A DNA stretch of 48,904 nt, taken from NCBI GenBank assembly GCA_037440005.1, contig JBBIUY010000012.1, positions 25,165 to 74,068 of the forward strand, in the 5' to 3' direction. Shown here in pieces: positions 26,230 through 35,252 of the stretch. Source of the stretch: Armatimonadota bacterium (GTDB lineage Bacteria > Sysuimicrobiota > Sysuimicrobiia > Sysuimicrobiales > Kaftiobacteriaceae). Within the stretch, counting starts at the first letter, position 1. Every line of letters begins with the position of its first letter. The notes under the pieces were generated by a model, which did not search any database, had not been told where the DNA came from, and saw only the letters and a list, made by a program, of their open reading frames with translations. Position numbers and translations under genes: made by a program.

Positions 26230-27108
26230 CTAGCCCCGCAGGATCAGGGCCAGGGCGCCGGCCACGGTGCACACGGCGCCCAGCCACACCCGGCCGGTCA
26301 CGCGCTCCACCTCGGCGCCGACCACCACGGGCGACAGGACCAGCACCGTGGGGACCGACAGCAGGGCGACGGCCAGCACCACGGCCACCGGAGCCCGCGA
26401 GAGGGCGATCCACCGGGTCCAGGTGGACAGGCCCACCAGGACGCCGGCGACCACCTTGGCCAGCAGGGCCCGGCGGGAGAGGGCCGACCACGTCGGCCAC
26501 CGCCCGGTGGCGACCAGGACCCCCGCGTACGCCAGCGCGCTGGCGGTCAGCCCCACCGTCACTCCCAGCAGGGGCGAGGGGACGACCGCCAGGCCCCGGC
26601 GGATAAAGAGGGGACTGGCGGCCCAGCACAGGGCGGCCCCCAGTCCGTAGGCGGCGTCCCGCGGGCGCAGGGAGCGTCCGTCGGGCGGGCCGGCGGTGAC
26701 CAGCGCGACCCCCGTCACTACGACGGCGATGGCCGCCAGGGCGGGGGGATCAGGCACCTCCCGCAGGGTCAGGGCGGCCAGCGCCGTGGCGAACACGGGG
26801 ACGGTGGCGATGAGCGGGCTGGTGCGGGCGGCGCCCACCGTCCGGTGGCTGGCGTTGAGCAGTGTCCACCCGGCGAAGAAGTGCAGCAGGCCGGCTGTCG
26901 CAAAGTCGGCCAGCGGCTGCCGGGGGAGATTCGGCAGCCGCTGGATCTGCGCGTCGGCGAGGGCGGCCGATGCGAGGACCAGACCGCTGACCACCAGCTG
27001 CACGAACGTCCCCGGCAGCACGTCCAGGTCCGCCATCGCCAGGCGGTTGACGGTTTGGAACACCCCGAATCCCACCCCCGCCACCGCCGCCCACAGGACG
27101 CCCGACAT
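26230..27108 (-). CDS. DMT/EamA family transporter
   Basis: Two repeats of hydrophobic helices, about 10 TM segments, P-x-F...LRE pattern. Confidence 0.8.
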   Translation of the reverse strand: MSGVLWAAVAGVGFGVFQTVNRLAMADLDVLPGTFVQLVVSGLVLASAALADAQIQRLPNLPRQPLADFATAGLLHFFAGWTLLNASHRTVGAARTSPLIATVPVFATALAALTLREVPDPPALAAIAVVVTGVALVTAGPPDGRSLRPRDAAYGLGAALCWAASPLFIRRGLAVVPSPLLGVTVGLTASALAYAGVLVATGRWPTWSALSRRALLAKVVAGVLVGLSTWTRWIALSRAPVAVVLAVALLSVPTVLVLSPVVVGAEVERVTGRVWLGAVCTVAGALALILRG

Positions 27109-27123
27109 CGCCCGCCGTCAGGT

Positions 27124-28155
27124 TTAATACCAGCGCGGGTCGCCGGTCCACCGGCCCAGCCGGGTCATGGCCGCCCGCAGGAAGCTGATCTCCACCACCT
27201 GGTCGTAGGTGGGCTTCTGGGCGGCCGGGATGGTGCCGATGCTCACCTCGGTGTTCAGGCCTTCCTCCACCAGCTCCCGGTGCAGCCCCTCGTTGACCGG
27301 CCACATGCCCCGGCGGACGTAGTCGGCGTAGGCCTGCTGGAGGATGTCGCGGTCCAGCTTGGTGTACTTGACGGCGATGTCCAGGGTGCGGTCGGGGTTC
27401 TGGTAGATGAAGCGGTTGGCCTCCACCAGGGCCAGCACCGCGTTGCCGATCAGGGTGGGGTCGGCGCGGATCACGTCGCCCAGGGTGACGTAGGCGGCGT
27501 ACCACCCCCGGGGGAGCACGTCGGCCAGGTAGGCCAGGATGCGCATGGACGGCTTCTGCTTTTTGATCTCGTAGACCTGGTCCACGTGCAGCGGCATGCC
27601 GTCAATCTGGCCGGTGAGCAGCGCCGGCACCCGCGCGCCGGTGGCAATGTTCACGTACTGGACGTCCCGGGGCGTCAGCCCGCAGGACTGGAGCACGGCG
27701 CGGACCATTACCTCGGTGTACGCGCCCACCCCGCCCGGGGTGCCCAGTTTCTTGCCCCGCAGCCCCTGGCAGGAGGTGATCTCCGGCTGGACCACCATGG
27801 CCACCGGGTGGCGCATGGAGTAGGTGGCCACCGCCTTCACCTCGGCGCCCTGGGCCGCCAGCGCCACGAACGGCGGCACGCCCGGCGCCGCCAGGTGCAC
27901 GTCGCCCCGGCCGCCCACCAGAGACCGCATGGCCACCGCGCCGCTCTCCACGGTCAGGATGCGGACCTCCAGACCGTACTTGGCGAAGAACCCCGCCTCC
28001 AGGGCCACCCACGGCGGGATGTGGATCAGGTTGGGCGGCGTGGTGGGCATGACGATGGTCAGGGCCCGCCGCTGCTGCGCGGGCGCGCCGGCGGCCAGCG
28101 CCACCACCAGCGCCACCGCCACCACCAGGACCGCCTCCAGCGTCCCTCTGCGCAT
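27124..28155 (-). CDS. NitT/TauT (SsuA/THI5-like) ABC transporter substrate-binding protein
   Basis: Signal peptide, VALEAGFFAKYGLEV, LRGKKLG, AL-x-EANRFI..NPD; GGAGGT RBS. Confidence 0.88.
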   Translation of the reverse strand: MRRGTLEAVLVVAVALVVALAAGAPAQQRRALTIVMPTTPPNLIHIPPWVALEAGFFAKYGLEVRILTVESGAVAMRSLVGGRGDVHLAAPGVPPFVALAAQGAEVKAVATYSMRHPVAMVVQPEITSCQGLRGKKLGTPGGVGAYTEVMVRAVLQSCGLTPRDVQYVNIATGARVPALLTGQIDGMPLHVDQVYEIKKQKPSMRILAYLADVLPRGWYAAYVTLGDVIRADPTLIGNAVLALVEANRFIYQNPDRTLDIAVKYTKLDRDILQQAYADYVRRGMWPVNEGLHRELVEEGLNTEVSIGTIPAAQKPTYDQVVEISFLRAAMTRLGRWTGDPRWY

Positions 28156-28184
28156 CCTCGCACCTCCCCGGTGTCGGTGTGGCC

Positions 28185-28991
28185 TTACTCTTCCCGGCCC
28201 GTGTACATCCACGGCGCCACGCGCCGCTCCAGCACCCGCAGGGCCGACGTGAGCCCGACGCCCATGGCCATCAGGACCACGATGGGCACAAACAGCCGGT
28301 CGGTCTTGAAGGTGTTGGCGTACTGGACGATCATGTAGCCCAGCCCGGTGATGGTGGTGTAGAATTCCGAGACCACCATGCCGATCAGACCGCGGCCGAT
28401 GGCGAGGCGCACGCCGGCGATGATGAAGGGCGTCGCCGACGGCAGGATGACGTCTCGCCACAGGGCGCCTTCCCGGGAGCAGAAGGACCGCGCCACCTCC
28501 ACCAGGCGGGCGTCGGTGCTCTTCACCCCCTGGTAGGTGTTGATCAGGATGGGAAAGACGCAGAACAGGAAGACCAGGACCACCTTGGCCTTGGTCTCAA
28601 AGCCCAGCCACAGGACGATCAGGGGGATGACGGCCACCAGGGGAGTGGCGTACAGGGCGTTCACGTAGGGGTCGGCGGCGTGCTCCACGAGGGGACGGCG
28701 GGCCATGAGGATGCCCGCCGGGATCCCCACCGCCACGGCCAGGGCCAGCCCCAGGGCCAGGACCACCAGGCTGCTGCGCAGGAAGAACCACAGTTCCCCC
28801 GTGGCCACCGTGTGGACGAAGGCGCGCGCCACCGCGGTGGGGTAGGTGAAGATGGGCGTGGACAGCGCGCGGCCGTACAGTTCCCACGCCGCCAGTCCCG
28901 CGGCCACCGACAGCCAGCGCACCGCCGCCGGTGACGGCGCCTCCCGAACCCGCGGCCGCCGGGCGGCGGGCCGCGCGAGGACCCGGCTCAT
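28185..28991 (-). CDS. NitT/TauT ABC transporter permease
   Basis: P...PLIVLWLG, EAA-like EVARSF, VILPSATP and GLGYMI motifs. Confidence 0.9.
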   Translation of the reverse strand: MSRVLARPAARRPRVREAPSPAAVRWLSVAAGLAAWELYGRALSTPIFTYPTAVARAFVHTVATGELWFFLRSSLVVLALGLALAVAVGIPAGILMARRPLVEHAADPYVNALYATPLVAVIPLIVLWLGFETKAKVVLVFLFCVFPILINTYQGVKSTDARLVEVARSFCSREGALWRDVILPSATPFIIAGVRLAIGRGLIGMVVSEFYTTITGLGYMIVQYANTFKTDRLFVPIVVLMAMGVGLTSALRVLERRVAPWMYTGREE

Positions 28992-29815
28992 CGGGACATC
29001 CCTCCCACCTCGGCCTTCAGCCGGTGCCAGATGTGCTGCCGCAGCTCCAGGTAGCGGGCCGAGCGGCGCACCTGCTCGGGGTCCCGGGGGCGCGGGATGT
29101 CCACCGCCAGGACCTCCAGCACCCGGCCCGGCCGGCGCGACATCAGGGCCACCCGGTCGCCGAGGATGATGGCCTCGTCGATGCTGTGGGTGACGAACAC
29201 CATGGTCTTGGGCTGCTGCCGCCACAGGCGCAGCAGCTCCTCCTGCATCAGCTCCCGGGTCTGCGCGTCCAGGGAGCCGAACGGCTCGTCCATCAGCAGG
29301 ACCGTGGGGTTGACCGCCAGCGCCCGCGCCAGCCCCACCCGCTGCTGCATCCCCCCCGACAGCTGGTAGGGGTAGGTGCGCTCGAACCCGCTCAGGCCCA
29401 CCAGCTCGATGAACCGGGGGACGACCGCGGCCACCTCCCGCTCGGGGCGCCCCTGGACCCGCAGGCCGTAGGCCACGTTGTCGTACACCGTCTTCCAGGG
29501 CAGCAGCCCGAAGTGCTGGAACACCATGGCCACCTCCGGCCGCGGGCCGCTGACCTCGGTCCCGTCCACCAGCACCCGCCCCGCGTCCGGCCGGATCAGG
29601 CCGTCGATGATGCGCAGCAGGGTGGTCTTGCCGCACCCGCTGGGACCGATCACGCACAGGATCTCGTGGGGATAGACCGCCAGGGAGCAACCGTCCAGGG
29701 CGGTGACCACGTCGCCGAACCGCTTGGTCACCCCCTCCACCGCCACCGCCGGTCGCGCACCGACCGCCGGCGGCGGGGGCGGAACCCGGACGGCCGGGAG
29801 GGGGTCTTCGGTCAT
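28988..29815 (-). CDS. NitT/TauT ABC transporter ATP-binding protein
   Basis: GPSGCGKTT, LSGGMQQR, LLMDEPF and FVTHS motifs. Confidence 0.94.
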   Translation of the reverse strand: MTEDPLPAVRVPPPPPAVGARPAVAVEGVTKRFGDVVTALDGCSLAVYPHEILCVIGPSGCGKTTLLRIIDGLIRPDAGRVLVDGTEVSGPRPEVAMVFQHFGLLPWKTVYDNVAYGLRVQGRPEREVAAVVPRFIELVGLSGFERTYPYQLSGGMQQRVGLARALAVNPTVLLMDEPFGSLDAQTRELMQEELLRLWRQQPKTMVFVTHSIDEAIILGDRVALMSRRPGRVLEVLAVDIPRPRDPEQVRRSARYLELRQHIWHRLKAEVGGMSR

Positions 29816-30939
29816 GGCGCCTCTCCTTCCAGGGACTCGAGGCCGCGGGCCAGGGTGTCCAGGAAGCGCGCCGCGGCGGCGCCGTCGGCCACCCGGTGGT
29901 CGCAGGACAGGGTCAGGGTCAGGGCCGGCCGCACCACCGGGCGCCCGTCCACGGCCACGACCCGGTCGGCGATGCGTCCTACACCCAGGATGGCCGCCTG
30001 GGGCGGGTTGACGATGGGGTAGAAGGCGTCCACGTCGAACATCCCGAGGTTGCTGATGGTGAACGTGCCGTCGCGGATGTCCTCGGGCCGCAGGCGCCCG
30101 GCCTGGGCCCGGGTGATGAGGTCGGCCCGCCGCCGGACGATCTCCTCCAGGGACAGGGCGTCGGCGTCGTGGAGGACCGGTACCACCACTCCGTCGGAGA
30201 CCGCCACGGCCAGGCCGATGTGGACCCGCCCGGACGCCACGATCCGCCCGTCCTCCCACCGGGCCAGAAGGCGCGGGTGCTGGCGCAGGGCGGCGGCGGC
30301 CTGCTGCACCAGCAGGTCGGTGTAGGTCAGCTCCGGCAGGCTTGCGCGCAGGCGGCGGCGCCGGGCCACCAGCCCGTGGGCGGAGACGTCCCGGCGCAGG
30401 TAAAAGTGCGGGGCGGTGGTCCAGCTGCGGGTCAGCCGCTCGACCATCACCTGCCACACCCGCCCCGCCGTCCCCGCGGCCGCGGCCCGGACGTCCTCGG
30501 CGGTGATCTCCCCCGCCGGGCCGCTCCCGCGCACGGCGGTCAGGTCCACGCCCAGCTCCTCGGCCAGGCGGCGCGCCCGGGGCGACGCCGGGATGCGGCC
30601 CGGGGCGGAAGGGCGGGGCGGCGGGGAGAGGGGGTGCGCAGGCGCGCCCGGAGCGGCCGCCGTCGGGGCGGCTGCCGTCTCGTCGGGGGGCGGCGACTCG
30701 CCGGGCGCGAGGATGACGGCCATGGGCTGGCCCACAGGCACCACGTCCCCGGGGCGCGCCCGCACCGCCGCCAGGACGCCGGTGGCGGGCGCCTCGACCT
30801 CCACGGTGGCCTTGTCCGTCTCCACCTCGACCAGCGGTTCTCCCTGGACCACGCTCTCACCCGCCGCCTTCAACCAGCGCAGGACCCTGCCCGTGTCCTG
30901 GGCGAGCCCCAGCGCCGGCATGATCACCACCGTGGGCAC
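29812..30939 (-). CDS. Dihydrolipoamide acyltransferase (E2)
   Basis: Lipoyl motif ETDKA, subunit-binding ASPRARRLA, TFTISNLG, catalytic DHRVADG. Confidence 0.92.
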   Translation of the reverse strand: MPTVVIMPALGLAQDTGRVLRWLKAAGESVVQGEPLVEVETDKATVEVEAPATGVLAAVRARPGDVVPVGQPMAVILAPGESPPPDETAAAPTAAAPGAPAHPLSPPPRPSAPGRIPASPRARRLAEELGVDLTAVRGSGPAGEITAEDVRAAAAGTAGRVWQVMVERLTRSWTTAPHFYLRRDVSAHGLVARRRRLRASLPELTYTDLLVQQAAAALRQHPRLLARWEDGRIVASGRVHIGLAVAVSDGVVVPVLHDADALSLEEIVRRRADLITRAQAGRLRPEDIRDGTFTISNLGMFDVDAFYPIVNPPQAAILGVGRIADRVVAVDGRPVVRPALTLTLSCDHRVADGAAAARFLDTLARGLESLEGEAP

Positions 30940-30949
30940 GACAGGTCCC

Positions 30950-32293
30950 CTACGGTCGGACGGCGGTCCCTTCCTGGCGCGCGGATGAGACCACCGCCTC
31001 CACGGTCCCCGGCGGCCGGTTGAGGTGCGACTGGGTCTCCCGGGTGGCCGGCAGCGGGCCCACGGCGGTGTGGTAGCGGGAGCCCGCCACCAGCAGCTGC
31101 TCGGCGGGGAAGCGGGTGATGACCTCGCAGCCGTCCCGGGTGACCACCAGCTGCTCCTCGATGCGCGCGGCGCTCCAGCCGTCGGACGCCGGCCAGAAGG
31201 TCTCCAGGGCGAACACCATGCCCTCCTCGATCACCTCGGGGTGGTCGAAGGACACCAGCCGGCTGAAGATGGGCTTCTCCCAGATGGACAGCCCGACCCC
31301 GTGGCCGTACTGCAGGGCGAAGGCCGCCTCCTCGTTGGGGAAGCCGAACTCCTGGGCCCGGGGCCACACCGCCACCACGTCGGCGGTGGTGACGCCGGGC
31401 TTGATCAGGCTGATGGCCGCGTCCAGGTAGTCCCGGCAGCGCTTGTAGGCGTCCACCTGGGCGGCCGACGCGCTGCCCACCACGAAGGTGCGGTAGTAGC
31501 AGGTCCGGTAGCCCATGAACGAGTGCAGGATGTCGAAGTAGGCCGGGTCCCCGGGCCGCAGCATCCGGTCGGTGTAGACGTGGGGGTGGGGGCTGCAGCG
31601 CTCTCCCGAGATGGCGTTGACCCCCTCCACGTGCTCGGACCCCAGCTCGTACAGCACCTTGGTGACCAGCGCCACGCACTCGTTCTCGCGCATGCCGGGC
31701 CGCAGGGCCCGGTACAGCTCCTCGTAGGCGGCGTCCACCATGGCGCAGGCGGTGGCCAGCAGGGTGATCTCGTCCTGGGTCTTGATCTTGCGGACCTCCT
31801 GCATCAGGCGCTGGCCGTCCACCACCCGCAGCCCCTCCTCCTGGAGGGCGAACAGGACCGGCAGCTCCACCACGTCCACGCCCAGGGGCTCCCGGTGGAG
31901 CTTGCGGGCCTCCAGTTCCACCCGGATCTTCCGGGCCACGTCCCGGGCCTGCTCGGGGTACGCGCCCCGCAGGGTCGAGATGCCGGCGCGGGACCGCTCT
32001 CCCAGCCACGGGTTGTACAGCTGGTGGTGGCGGGCCGCCGAGCCGAAGTCCCACAGGATGGGTTCGTCGTCCTGCGGCAGCAGGCAGAAGCGCACCAGCT
32101 TGTCCATGGCCCAGGTGCCGATGTGGGTGGCGGTGATGTAGCGGATGTTGTTCATGTCAAAGCACAGCAGCGCCCCCAGGTCCGACTGCCGGAGGTAGCG
32201 CGTGACCCGCGCCAGCCGTTCGGTCCGCAGGCGCTCGAAGTTCACCCGCTCCTCCCAGTCCACCCCCATCACGCCGAACGTCTTGATGCCCAT
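30950..32293 (-). CDS. M24 (Xaa-Pro peptidase-like) hydrolase
   Basis: IKTQDEI, FDI...GYRTCYYRTF, GHGVGL, FALET and RIEE motifs; GGAGG RBS. Confidence 0.87.
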   Translation of the reverse strand: MGIKTFGVMGVDWEERVNFERLRTERLARVTRYLRQSDLGALLCFDMNNIRYITATHIGTWAMDKLVRFCLLPQDDEPILWDFGSAARHHQLYNPWLGERSRAGISTLRGAYPEQARDVARKIRVELEARKLHREPLGVDVVELPVLFALQEEGLRVVDGQRLMQEVRKIKTQDEITLLATACAMVDAAYEELYRALRPGMRENECVALVTKVLYELGSEHVEGVNAISGERCSPHPHVYTDRMLRPGDPAYFDILHSFMGYRTCYYRTFVVGSASAAQVDAYKRCRDYLDAAISLIKPGVTTADVVAVWPRAQEFGFPNEEAAFALQYGHGVGLSIWEKPIFSRLVSFDHPEVIEEGMVFALETFWPASDGWSAARIEEQLVVTRDGCEVITRFPAEQLLVAGSRYHTAVGPLPATRETQSHLNRPPGTVEAVVSSARQEGTAVRP

Positions 32294-32372
32294 GCGCATC
32301 CCTCCCGCACCCGTCTGCGCCCCGCCCGCCCCCGCGCTCCGCACCTCCCCGCGGGCGCGGGGCGGGGCCGGC

Positions 32373-33365
32373 CTAGCGCCGGCCGCACATGGCCAGGGCC
32401 ACCTCCGCCACCCGCTCGGGCGTCGGCACCGTCAGGTCCTCCAGGACCGGCGAAAACGGCACCGGCACGTCCAGGGCGCCCATCCGCCGGACGGGCTGGT
32501 CCAGGTAGTGGAAGGCGCCCTCGGCGATCACCGCGGCGATCTCGGCGGTCACCCCGTAGCGCTGGTAGCCCTCGTCGATGACGATGCACCGGCCGGTCTT
32601 GCGCACCGAGGCGATGAGGGTCTCGGCGTCCAGGGGCACCGTGGTGCGCGGGTCCACCACCTCGGCGCTCACGCCGTCTTCCGCCAGCCGGTCGGCCGCC
32701 TGGAGGGCCACGTGCACCATACTGCTGGTGGCCACCAGGGTGATGTCGTCGCCGGCCCGCTTGACGTCGGCCACCCCCAGGGGGATGGTGTAGTCCCCCT
32801 CGGGGACCGGCCCCCGCAGCTGGTAGGTCATCTTGTCCTCGAAGACGATCACGGGGTTGTCGTCGCGGATGGCGCTCTTGAGCAGGCCCTTGGCGTCGGC
32901 GGGGGTGGAGGGCAGCGCCACCTTCAGCCCCGGGATGTGGCTGACCCAGGCGTGCAGGCTCTGGCTGTGCTGGGCCGCCGACCGGCGGGTGGCCCCCAGG
33001 GTGGTGCGCACCACCAGCGGGACCCTGAGCTTGCCCCCGGACATGTAGTGGACCTTGGCCGCCTGGTTGGCGATCTGGTCCATGGCCAGGGTGATGAAGT
33101 CGCCGAACATGATGTCCACCACCGGCCGGAGGCCGGTCATGGCGGCGCCCACCGCCAGGCCGACGATCCCGGCCTCGGAGATGGGCGAGTCCACCACCCG
33201 CTCGGGGCCGAACTCCTCCACCAGCCCCGCCAGGACCTTGAAGGGGGTGCCCGCCTCGGCCACATCCTCGCCGATGATGAACACGGCGGGGTCCCGGCGC
33301 ATCTCCTCGGCCAGGGCTTCCCGCACCGCCTGGGCGAAGGTCAGTTCCCGCACGCCGGCCGCCAT
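32373..33365 (-). CDS. TPP-dependent 2-oxoacid/acetoin dehydrogenase E1 beta subunit
   Basis: GEDV, D-x-PISE, DQIANQAAK, AQHSQ and DVPVPFSP motifs. Confidence 0.93.
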   Translation of the reverse strand: MAAGVRELTFAQAVREALAEEMRRDPAVFIIGEDVAEAGTPFKVLAGLVEEFGPERVVDSPISEAGIVGLAVGAAMTGLRPVVDIMFGDFITLAMDQIANQAAKVHYMSGGKLRVPLVVRTTLGATRRSAAQHSQSLHAWVSHIPGLKVALPSTPADAKGLLKSAIRDDNPVIVFEDKMTYQLRGPVPEGDYTIPLGVADVKRAGDDITLVATSSMVHVALQAADRLAEDGVSAEVVDPRTTVPLDAETLIASVRKTGRCIVIDEGYQRYGVTAEIAAVIAEGAFHYLDQPVRRMGALDVPVPFSPVLEDLTVPTPERVAEVALAMCGRR

Positions 33366-33375
33366 GGCCGGCCCG

Positions 33376-34362
33376 CTAGGCGTAGACATGCCGGTCCACC
33401 TCGTCGGGGTCGGGATACGGCGCCTGCAGGGCGAACTGCAGGCCGGAGTGAATCTCCTCCTCCACCTCGCGGCGGACGCGGTCCAGGTCGTCGGCGGTGG
33501 CCAGCCCCTCGGCCAGCAGCCACTCTCCCAGGATCCGCAGCGGGTCCCGCCGGGTGCGCCAGTGCTCTTCCTCTTCCCGGCTGCGGTAGTAGGTGCGGTT
33601 GACGTCGCCGACATGGTGGCCGAGGAACCGGTACGTGTGGCAGATGAGGAACCCCGGACCGCCGCCGGACCGGGCCCGCTCCACCAGGTCGCGGGCGGCG
33701 GCGTACACCGCGCGGACGTCCTGCCCGTCCACCTCCTCGGTGCGGATGCCGAAGGCCTCCGGGCGCGCCCGCAGGCTGCCGGCGGTGGTCTCCCGGTAGT
33801 GGGTGTACTCGGTGTACAGGTTGTTCTCGCAGACGTACACCACCGGCAGCGCCCACAGGGCGGCCATGTTCATGACCTCGTAGAGGATGCCCTGGCCCAG
33901 GGCGCCCTCGCCGAAAAAGCACACCGCCACCTGACCGCTGCCCCGCCGCTTGGCCGAGAAGGCCGCGCCGGTGGCGATGCCGGCGCTGCCGCCCACGATG
34001 GCGTTGGCCCCCAGGTTGCCGCTGTCCGGGTCGGCGATGTGCATGGAGCCGCCCTTGCCCCGGCAGTATCCGGCGGCCTTGCCCAGCAACTCGGCGAACA
34101 TCCGGTCCACCGACGCTCCCTTGGCCAGGCAGTGGCCGTGGCCCCGGTGGGTGCTGGTGATGTAGTCGTCGGGCCGCAGCGCCTGACAGACCCCCACCGC
34201 CACCGCCTCCTGGCCGATGTACAGGTGGGCCAGCCCCGGCATGCGGGCGCTGAGGTACAGCTGGTTCACCTGTTCTTCGAACAACCGAATGCGCAGCATC
34301 TGGCCGTACATGCGCAGCCACTGCTGCGCCGGCACCTCCAGGGCGACCTGAGGCTGCCTCAC
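33376..34362 (-). CDS. TPP-dependent 2-oxoacid/acetoin dehydrogenase E1 alpha subunit
   Basis: HLYIGQEA, STHRGHGH, GKGGSMH, GEGA...CENN and YRFLGHH motifs; GTGA coupling with the upstream gene. Confidence 0.93.
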   Translation of the reverse strand: MRQPQVALEVPAQQWLRMYGQMLRIRLFEEQVNQLYLSARMPGLAHLYIGQEAVAVGVCQALRPDDYITSTHRGHGHCLAKGASVDRMFAELLGKAAGYCRGKGGSMHIADPDSGNLGANAIVGGSAGIATGAAFSAKRRGSGQVAVCFFGEGALGQGILYEVMNMAALWALPVVYVCENNLYTEYTHYRETTAGSLRARPEAFGIRTEEVDGQDVRAVYAAARDLVERARSGGGPGFLICHTYRFLGHHVGDVNRTYYRSREEEEHWRTRRDPLRILGEWLLAEGLATADDLDRVRREVEEEIHSGLQFALQAPYPDPDEVDRHVYA

Positions 34363-35252
34363 GGCGGGTCCCTCCCGTCCAGGCCGGCCAGCCGTCGCAG
34401 CACGCGGCACAGGACCGCGAAATCCTCCCGCCCCCACCCCAGCCCCCGGGCGGCGGTCAGCCACTGGGCGGCCACGGCGGTGGTGGGCAGGGGTACCGAC
34501 AGCCGCCGGCCCGCCTCCAGGGCCAGGTCCAGGTCTTTGTGCATCATCCCCACGTCAAACCACGCCTCCTCGGGCATCTGCAGGACGAACGGGCCCCGAT
34601 AGCGCAGCATGGGCGAGGCGATCACGCTGCCCAGCAGGACCTCCACCGCCACCTCCCGGGGGATGCCGGCCTTCTCGGCCAGGACCACGCCCTCGCTGAA
34701 GGCCAGCATCTGCACCGCCAGGCTGAGGTTGGTGGCGATCTTCATCAGGACGGCCTGGCCGTTGGGCCCCACGTGGGTGACCCGGGGGCCGATGTCCAGC
34801 AGCAGCGGGCGCACCCGTTCGAAGGTCTCCGAGTCGCCGCCCACCATGATGGACAGCTGGCCGGCCTCCAGGGTGGCCACGCTGCCGGACACCGGGGCGT
34901 CCAGCATCCGGGCGCCCCGCTCCCGGACCCGCGCCGCCAGCTCCCGGCTGGCGGCGGGGCTGACGGTGCTCATGTCCACGTAGACCTTGCCGGGCCCCAG
35001 GCCCGCCAGCAGCCCCTGGGGGCCCTCGGCGACCGCCCGGAGGGCGTCGGTGTCGGTGACCATGGAGAAGGTCACCTCCGACGCCTCCGCCACCGCCCGG
35101 GGGGAGTCGGCCCACGCCATGCCGGCCTCCACCAGCCACCGCGCCTTCTCCCGGGTGCGGTTGTAGCCCGTCACCCGGTGGCCGGCGGCCAATAGCCGGC
35201 GCGCGATCCGGCCGCCCATCACCCCCAGCCCCACGAACCCGACCTCAGCCAC
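34359..35252 (-). CDS. Beta-hydroxyacid dehydrogenase (3-hydroxyisobutyrate / tartronate semialdehyde reductase family)
   Basis: GFVGLGVMG, DMSTVSP, DAPVSGS, catalytic K-xxx-N and KDL motifs. Confidence 0.92.
   Translation of the reverse strand: MAEVGFVGLGVMGGRIARRLLAAGHRVTGYNRTREKARWLVEAGMAWADSPRAVAEASEVTFSMVTDTDALRAVAEGPQGLLAGLGPGKVYVDMSTVSPAASRELAARVRERGARMLDAPVSGSVATLEAGQLSIMVGGDSETFERVRPLLLDIGPRVTHVGPNGQAVLMKIATNLSLAVQMLAFSEGVVLAEKAGIPREVAVEVLLGSVIASPMLRYRGPFVLQMPEEAWFDVGMMHKDLDLALEAGRRLSVPLPTTAVAAQWLTAARGLGWGREDFAVLCRVLRRLAGLDGRDPP

Noticed and set aside
32315..32372. GC-rich inverted repeat between E1b and M24
   Set aside because: Plausibly an ordinary intra-operon hairpin and hard to distinguish from chance at this GC content.
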